Shown here: piece by piece, positions 1 through 9,000 of the stretch
Layout of the letters: each line of letters begins with the position of its first letter
Numbering within the stretch: position 1 is the first letter of the stretch
Source of the DNA: a candidate division FCPU426 bacterium
GTDB taxonomy: Bacteria > Oederibacteriota > JAAXVQ01 > JAUVAV01
Assembly (NCBI GenBank): GCA_040756875.1
Contig: JBFLYH010000006.1
Coordinates: 1-12,972, forward strand
Length of the DNA: 12,972 nucleotides
Direction of reading: 5' to 3'
The notes under the pieces: generated by a model
Told to the model about the DNA's origin: nothing
Database searches by the model: none
Seen by the model: the letters and a program-made list of their open reading frames with translations, nothing else
Made by a program: the position numbers and the translations under genes

Positions 1-2
1 CG

Positions 3-3000
3 CGGCAGGTGGAAGAAGACCTGGTGAACCCGTACTTTGCGCTGATCCGCAACCGGAAGACGCCGTTGGAGAAGCTGCTGGCGGAGAACCAGAACATATT
101 GGCGTTGGCGCCGAACTTTCCGCAGGTAACAGAATCCGAGGCCATTCTCACCCCGGCCGATATTTCACAGCAGCCCGAAAACGTGCGTGTTTTTCTCGAT
201 CTCCTGCGCTTGGCTTTGCAGGAAACGGCGATAACCCGTTTGTTGAAAGATGGCACGACCGGGCTGGAAGCCCTTCAGGTTTCATCCGCGGAGGAGCTGG
301 CCGGGTACCCCTACCTGAACCAATTGGCCGTGGATTGGGCTCGCGCCGTAGGCCGGGACGGGGCGTACATCATTCCTTTTAAAAACATTTCGGTGGCAGT
401 GGTCATTCAGCCTAAAGGGGCGATGCCGGTCAGGACGGCCCTATTTCCGAGCCTGGAAAGCGAGTCGTTGCCCTTTGAAGTTGAAGTGGTGGGAACCAAA
501 GAAGCGGAAGAAATTCAGGAACAAATCCTGTCCGCAGGCGGCGCGCTGCGCGGGAACGAGGTGCGGACGGCATTGTTGTCCGAACCCCTTTCGCCCATGG
601 CAATCATGACTTCGATCGGCCTGGTTATGCTGGGCGCGCAAGCGACCGGATACGGATTGAACCGAAAACGCCTGCAATATTTGACCGGACTCCGGACGTA
701 TATCAGGGCGCAATGGACCGATCGTGAACGGCTGAAAATCATTGGCGCCGATTTTTTACGTCTGGGACTGGCATTGTTGGCCTTTGTTCTGCCAGTCATC
801 ACTTATCTGGCCGCGGGAATTAAATACCACATATTTGCCATGGACTTCCTAAAAACGCTTCCGGGCCTTGGGGAATTCATTGCCGGAATGCAGATGCTTC
901 TGCAGGGTGAGAGTTCGAATTTTTGGGTCAATGTGCTGTTTCAATATCATTTCACGGATATTATCATCATTCCCTCCACCTTGGCGGCATTTTACCAGTT
1001 GGTCGTTTCCTTTCCGGCTCGCATTCGAACCTGGGCGAATACGCTGTCCGTTCGGGAAAAAACCATGAACGCCCTCTTTGGGACGCTTTCCGTGTTTGGG
1101 GCGTTCTCGTTGGGAATTATGCTGCTTTTGACTGTGTTAACCAATCATCCGATGGTACTCGGGGCGATACTTTCCGGGTACCTGGCCTCCTTCATTCTGC
1201 GGCACATGAAACGGGAGGAGACTGCCGCAGCGCCAAGCAGCGAAGCGGCCACATATCGCGCCGGCGTGCAAAGGGCTTTGCGGGGATTGACAGTCTTCCT
1301 GATGATCGCGTACAGCTTGAACGAGCTTCTTGAAGGCCGGTTAAATCTTTTTAGCGGGACGTCGGATCCCGTGGATCTTTTTTTTATATTTGTTACGGGT
1401 TTGTTATCCTATCAGGTATTCAGGGGCTTGGCTTTTTTCACGCCTTTCGGGCGCGGCCAGGAAACGCTGCCCGCGGTTTTTGCAAGGCAGCAGACGCCTG
1501 ACGGACAAACGCGCATCAGCCTGGCTTATTTGTTGTATCTCCAAGCCTTCCGGCGCCAGTGGACCTCGCGGTTTTCCGGAATGATGAATATCAATATATT
1601 CAAGGACAACAGGCTTTCTGAACGATACGGCGAAGTCGGCCGGCGCTTCGGGTCCGTCTTGATCGAAATAAATAACCAACCCATTTCCGATGAAACCTGG
1701 CAACTGTTACTGGAGAATGAAAGCGTATTGTTGGAAGCCTCGCGACGGTTGGGAACAACCGAATGGGAAGAGATTCCTGAAGGTCAGGAAGGGAATGCCG
1801 CGCTGCGGGACGCGCTACATGAAATCATTAGGAAGGCTGAGCAACAACCGTTGGGCGTGGCTCAAGGGTCCAGTGGAGAGACAGCCGAAATGGCCGGAAT
1901 ATCACGGCGCCCGGTTGCTCCTGAAGTCAGGGCCGGCCCTTGGGGGCTTGGCAATCTGCGCCGAGGAATGCAAACCATATTCAATTTCATGCGCGCTCGT
2001 TTTACGGGGATTCTGCCCGATTCAGTACGCCCGGTCCACCGCGTCGCCCTTGCTTTCATTCATGCCCGGCAAGCGGAAGGCAAAATTCCTATGCAATCGG
2101 AAGTTGCTTTGTGGCTGCAAGCCCGGGGGTTTTCTGCGTCCGAGATAGACGCTTACTTTGCTTACCGGGTGCAAAGCGGATTGAACCAAGCGGGCGTGTC
2201 CGTGCATCCCTTCCGGGCTGCGCAAGGATACCGGGCCGCGGCCATCACCGCAGTCCTGAGCCTGGCGCTGGTGGGCGCCTCGTTTGTTTTTCAGTATGCC
2301 ATTCCGGATCTGACCTTCGCCTTGGAGATCATCGGCATCGCGGGCGTGGCGGCCGGAGGATATTTATCCATTGCGGCCCTGAATTATTGGAAACTTGCAC
2401 GGGCGGTCCGCGACGCCATGCTGGCCAGCCGCCTGGAAGAAATCTGGCAGACTGAACGTCATACACCGCATCCTGATTTTTTAACGCTGCGGGCCGACCG
2501 GAAAGCTTATCGTTTGTGGTTGAACGGCATTCCTTCCCAGCGGTTTCGCGAACTGAAAAGGCAGGCGAAAACGCAGGCGATCGCTTTGTCCGACGGCTGG
2601 GTGGACGCCGATGCCATGCGGATCTTGGAAGGGGAACAGCCGTATTATGCCCAGCAGGTGAGACGGCATGAACGCTATCGGAATGAATTCGCGGCCATGC
2701 TGGCATTGCTCCCGACCTTCAACCTATTGCGGGCCTGGTTGCGGACTTGGGGCCAGGCCAGAAAGCAGGTCACCACCCCGAGCCAGGGGGCGCGTTTGGC
2801 TTTTTCCCTGGTGATGACCGTTTTATCCATGATTACCTTCCTGGCGGCTTTCGGCGTCTGGACCTATTTCCTCGTTTATAACACCGTGCAAAATCTCCGC
2901 CGCGAACGGGATCAGACCGCCTTCCGGCAACCCACGAATGTCCTGGCGCCGGTCCTGGAAAAGACCAGCGACATTATCCCCCTGCTGGGGGCTTATTATC

Positions 3001-6000
3001 CGGTCGGCGCAACCATGCGCATGCAGGGCGACAATTTTATCATCACTGCGGATCCGAACCACCAGCAAACGTTCGGGTCGGTCATTTTAAACAACAACCG
3101 CAGCATCACCGTGGATTTCAACCAGAAGGACGTTTTGGTTGATCTGGACGTGGTCTCAACCACGCATGACTGGTTTTTCATCGTCTACAACGCGGAGTTC
3201 CCGGACGGATACCTGAAATTGCAGCCTGACACCCGCTATACCGGCCAGCTCCGGTTCCGCTTGAGCGACCTGGGGCTGACCGGCGTGCGCGAACTGCGCT
3301 TCGAAGCCGGCATCAGCTCCTACCCGAAGCCGATTAACGCCCAAAAAACCCAGGTGGTCTTCAATGCCAAGAACAGCCGGATCCTGGTGGTGGACCGCCA
3401 GCCGGCGGAGGCCCTGGCTGCCCGCAAGCCGATCACCGTGGCGCCGCATGCCTCGCTGACCGTCGGGGGCATTAAATCCGTGGCTGAAGCGCAGGCGATC
3501 CGCGACCATGCGCAGGAGTGGGCCCGCAAAGAAGGTCCGAAGATCATTCCGCATGCCGTGTGGTGGTACACCATGGATCCCAACTACCGTCCTGCTGACG
3601 AGACCGATCAGTGGGGATGGTTTGCGTTCAACCACCATCCGGACCGCGATCCCAAAAACATTGCTTCCGTGCATCATCCGCTCTTGGGTGATTTCACTTC
3701 GGCGGATCCGGAATACATCCGCTGGCTGATTCGCACTTCCAAGGCCATGGGGTTGAACGGATTCAGCATTGATTACTACGCCGAAAAACGGCCCTATGAA
3801 AAACAGTTACCCACGCTATTCCGGATTGCCGAGCAGGAAGGCAACTTCACGCTTTCCCTCATGTACGAGACGCGTTTGGCCAAAAACGCCGAGGGCAAGC
3901 CGGATCCCGAGTTGATGAAGCAGCACATCCGCCACATTCTCGATACGTACGCCACCAGCCCGGCTTTCCAGCGCCTGGGGGGCGTTCCGGTCGTTTACCT
4001 TTTTGGCATGCTGTCCACGGGGTTTTATCCCTGGGACTACGAGCGGGTGATCCGGGAATTGGAAGCCGAAGGGTATGTGTTCATCCTGATCGGGGATTCC
4101 ACGGTGCACCCGGCCTATTACAAAGTGATGAACGGGCTGCATGAATGGATCAACATGGGGACTTTCCTGCGCAGCCAAAAAGCCACTTATTGGCAATTGC
4201 ATCCCGACCAGTGGGAACAGAACGCGCGGAGCTGGCTCTATAAAGTCATGGCCACCCATCCCAATTTGTTTTCCGTCGCTTCCATATACGGCGAATTCGA
4301 CGACCGGGAGCTGGGCGGCGGGGATTGGGGGCGGGGAACCGTGCGGCGCCTTAAGCCGACCGGCGGCAGTACGGTGGAAGCCGGCAACGTCCTGAAAAGC
4401 ACGATTGATTATGCGGTCAACAACGCGGATAAACTGCTGTGGGCCAAACTGATGACTTGGGACGATTGGAACGAAGGCACGGAAATGGAACCTTCCTTGG
4501 AAAAGGGGTTTTCGAGTTTCTTTGCGGTGATGGAATTTTCCGCGCGCTACCGCGGTTATCAAACCGATCCAGGGGCTGTGTTGGATTTGACCGAAGCCTA
4601 CCTGAAGGCGAAGCACGGCGGCCGGATTCCGGCCGAGGCGCAGGCTGTGCTGGACCAGGCCCGGGCCTATTTGCCCACGGTACGGGCCAATATCCGCAAG
4701 GGGATCCAGGAATATCAAGCCCGGCAAACAAGCCAGACCCAGCCGCAGGCCACCCCCACGCCGCACCGGTTCAGGGCAGTCATCGGTTACGTTGCTTCTG
4801 CGGTGACCGGGACGATCAGCCTGGCTCTCATGGGTTTGGGCGCCGCTACGCTGGGAATGGCAACGCAGGGAGGTTCGCTGTTCATTCTTTGGCCGTTGCT
4901 GGCGCTGGTCGGCGGCGGATACCTGGCCTGGGGTGCGGTGAGTTTCTTCCGGACCGGCCGAGCGGTGGAAGAAGCCATGGGCGGCGTTTTGTTGGAGCGG
5001 TACTACGAGTCCCGCGCCGGTCCCCAGGCGCCGGCTTTTTCGGAATTGACCCGGGATCCGCTCGCGTTTTCCGGGTGGCTGGAAAGCCTGCCGGGCACAG
5101 TGGTGAACGGCATCCGTCAGCAAGCCCGCGACGAAGCCATTGCCTGGTCGGATGGACGCATAAACGAGGCGGCGATGGCCGCTTTAAAGAAAAACGATCC
5201 CCGCGCCGCGGCCCAGGTGCGGTGGCACGAATCATTCCGCCGCGAGCTTCCCGGCCTGCTGGCCATGCTGCCGGGGGTGCGAAGTGTTTTGCGCCGGGAA
5301 CAAGTGGATTCGGAAATTGCGCCGGGAAGCGGGAAGGATTCACGCAATGCGCTTAGGTCCCTATTGAGCTTGAATCCCTGGGAAAGACGGGCTGCCATTC
5401 GGAAAGCCGGCGAAACTAACGACTTGGAGATTGCCCTGGAGATTAAAAAAATGCGCCCCCAAGCCGGGTGGCACGGAGGTATGCTCGACGACTTGTTTTA
5501 TTGGATTACCAGAGAAAAAGCGCATATCACGGGTTCGAAATTGGGCATTACCCGCAAGGGGGGACGAACGAGGAATTTAATGAAGCATCTTCATAATTTA
5601 TGGCCGGAATTGAATCGGCGTTTCCCCGGGCAGATTCTAAAAGTTCGCGATGAAGGCGCCTCTACCGGTGTTGTAAGCAGCGAACTTTTCGGAAAGTTGG
5701 AGGTTTTTACCGAAGGAAAGCTGGATTATACCGCGACTGACCTTGTGACCAAACTGTTCTTCATACGCAACGACAAAGAGGGGATTTTGGCGGTATTTAG
5801 TGACACGACTGACACGAACGATGCTCTGCTGCAAATAAAATATAATGGGCGGATATACTACCGCTCCGCCGCAGACGGGAAGTTTCATTTGCCTGTTCAG
5901 CAACCGGAGTCTCGTGCGGATGAGTTGAAGGCGGTTTTCGAAGAATACCGGGAGACCGGCAAGATCCTGCCGGGCTACAGAATCGAAGAGGTGGGGGCGC

Positions 6001-9000
6001 AGGATCATCAAGTGGAAGAGATGGCGAACGCTGATCCGAGATTCCACATTCAGCAGCATGATATTTTTACGCCTATCCCTGAAGCGCAGCGCGGGCACTT
6101 GACTATTCTGTCAAATGTTTTGGTTCCAAAGTACTATACCCGGGCAGACTCCATACGGGCTTTAAGGCAAGTCGGCAGGAATATGCTGGATAAAGGGTTG
6201 CTATTAGTCGTAAACGAGTTTAACTATCGGGATTTTCATAAAATGTTGCCCACCCGCGACCATTATTACACGGTATTCGAAAAGCGGGGCGAACAACTCG
6301 TTGCTATTGATTGGGTAAACAAGGAAAACAAGCTTTGGGCAGGCGGATTTCGCTTTGAGACGCCTGAGGCTATGATCCGCGTGATCGACCTGCAGGAGCC
6401 GTTTGTAGCAGGGCAAACGGACATGGCCGAAGAAGAACAAGCGGCGGGTGCGATAAGCAGCCAGGAGGAAGCCCATCCCTTCCGGGCCCTGAGCGGTTAT
6501 ACGGCTGCGGTGCTTTCCGGCCTGCTCAGCGCGGCTTTGCTGGGCATTGGTTTTGCCACCGGCAGCATGCTGCCCGCTTGGAACACCTGGGCCGCGCTTT
6601 TACCGGTTGCGGCTTTGTTTGGCGGTGCGTATTTCACCGCCGGCACGGTGACTTTTTACCGCCTCAGCCGGGGCGTGCAGAGGGCGATGAGGGAGGCGGC
6701 TTTACAAAGGCTGTACACTGCACAGGCCGCGCCCGGAAGCCCGACCTTCGCCGAGTTGCGAAATGCTCCCCGCAGTTATCAGGCCTGGATTGACAGCCTG
6801 CCGAAACAGGATCTGGCGGCCATCCGCCGGCAAGCCCTGACTGCGGCCATTGCCTGGTCAGACGGCCGGGTGGATGCCAGAGCCATGGCCATTCTGGACC
6901 GCGACCAGCCCGAGGTGGCCAATCGCATCCGCTTCCATGAAACACTGCGCAATGACGTGGTGGGTTACCTGGCCCTGCTGCCGGGATTTTACCGCTTATT
7001 CGGCTTGCCGCGGTATATGCCCGAAGTCCTTCCCTTGCCGGCGGCGCTGGTCCGCGAGACCCGCGATTTGAGCGAAGGCGACCGCCGGATTCTGCGCACG
7101 GTCTTCCAGCACGGAGCGATTTCCACCCTGGTCACCTTGCCTTTGAGCCGCATCCGCCGCGCAGCGGCCCAAAGCCTGATCCGCAGCCTGGGTCCGGTTT
7201 TTTTGCTGACCTACACCTTTATTGCCCGGCATGTGGTGGGGTTGCCGCGCACTGAAGTCTTCCTTGATATATACCAGTTCGACGCAGCGCGGCGGTATGG
7301 GGACAAAGGCCTCCTGGACATCACCACCATGCATGCGGATTTCGGGACCGGCAAGGCGCCTGTCAATGCCGAACTCTTCTATCGCACCCTCAACCACCGC
7401 TTCCGGCCCGAACAGCAGGCCAAGGTGATCCTGCACATCGAAACCCTCGACCGCTTCATCGACGATTTCGCGGCCCGAGAGGGGCTGGCCGGCCTGGAAC
7501 GCGAGGCAGTGCTGATGCGCATGGCCGAGCGGGCGCACGCCAATCACCTGCTGCTGCTGTTCGAACCCGTGCGCGTGCGCACGGCTAATTCCCAGGTGGA
7601 CCGGTTGCTGGCGGATGTCGAACGCATCCGCGCCTTGCGCCAGGCCTGGAAAGAAGCCCATCCGGGCCAAGCCCTGCCCGCGGCCATCGTATTCGACACC
7701 TGGCATTGGATCATCGACGGCTATCCGGAACTTCAACGGCGATTCCACCGGGTCCGCACCCAGGAAGAGCGCGACGCCATCCGCCTGGAGGTCCTGCACC
7801 GGCTGGAACAGGCCTTCCTTTCCATGGAGGACATGATCGCCTGGGTGCATTTCAGCAACGAGGACCAGCAAGTGCGGTCCTGGCGGTATTGGCTCCTGTA
7901 TCGCAGCCAGTTGTTCGGCGACCGGACGCTGATCCCCAACCTGCAGTGGCTGCGGTTCATCAATGAGCGCCGGCCGGATCTGCTGTACCGCATGACCTTC
8001 GAACTCAGTCCGGTGTATTTCGTGCGTTCGCTTTTCGGGTTCGACCGCTTTATCCGCCGCCTGGCGCGGCGGGCCGGCGACCTGGTCATGATGCTTTCGC
8101 CCGAAGAGGCCGAAAACCAGGCTGATCCAGTGCCCGCGCCCAAGCCGGGAGTGGCGCGCCCGAGCAGCCGGGACCTGCGGCCGGAGACCCTTGCAGACCC
8201 TGCGGACTCTGAATTGGTGCGGCAGCTGGTTTCGCAGGGGTCCATCTCGACCACCATTCTCTATCCTTTGAGCCGCTTCCCGCGGCTGGTCACGGCCGCG
8301 CTGGCGGCGCTGATTCTGCCGTTTTTCCGGACCTACGTCTGGTTTGCCCAGGCGTTTTTCGGCATCACGCGCCTGGAAATTTACGGCGACACCCTGCAGC
8401 TGGACCGGGCGCTGGCTGAGTATGCGCGCGGCCGGCTGCCCATGCGCTCGATCCACACGCAGATGCACCCCTATGCCATGGATTCGATCCGCCGCCTGGT
8501 GCAGCGCCCATGGACGCACCTGCAACCCGGCCGCTTGGTCATCCATTCCTCGGATCTTCAGCGCCTGCTGAAATACATCCAGCAGCACGAAGAATTGGAC
8601 AGCCCGGATCAGGCCATGCAGTGGCTGCTGTCCACGGCGGACCGCAACAACGTGCGCTTGATGATCGAGGCGCACAACTGGTACAACTTCAAGTTCAGGC
8701 TGCCGTACAGCCTCGAAGAGCAAATGGCGTTCGTCCGCTCCTGGCGGGAGCGCTACCAGCGGGACACAGGCCGCGCTCCGCCCATATTCATCCTTTTTGA
8801 TCCCTGGCATTACATCCACGAAGAACACCACGATTTGTACACCGCGTTCGCCCAGGCGCAGACGCCGGACGAAGTCCGCGCCATCCGCGCTCAGGCGTTC
8901 GATGCGGTGGCGGACTTTTTCGAGCAGCATATCGACATGATCGATTGGCTGCACCTCGCCAATACCGCTAATTTGGTTTGGGCTCCGGGCCAGGTCCGGC

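Noticed and set aside
1378-1385. T8 homopolymer (also T7 at 7198-7204) as a possible phase-variation tract or terminator
   Set aside because: Both are short, encode in-frame Leu/Phe/Val in hydrophobic segments, leave the frame intact, and lack a convincing preceding hairpin.
3816-5123. 435-aa minus-strand ORF (and 3156..3677)
   Set aside because: Antisense shadow of the GH99-like domain and repeat 2; the translation is not protein-like.
4439-5356. 305-aa plus-strand ORF in frame +2, and the other short +1/+2 ORFs
   Set aside because: Arg/Gly/Pro-rich off-frame translations overlapping the real frame +3 gene.
5520-6330. Assigning the gene symbol cheR or a chemotaxis role
   Set aside because: Only the fold-level motifs resemble CheR. 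The GEEPYS signature is absent and there is no chemotaxis context, so the substrate is unknown.
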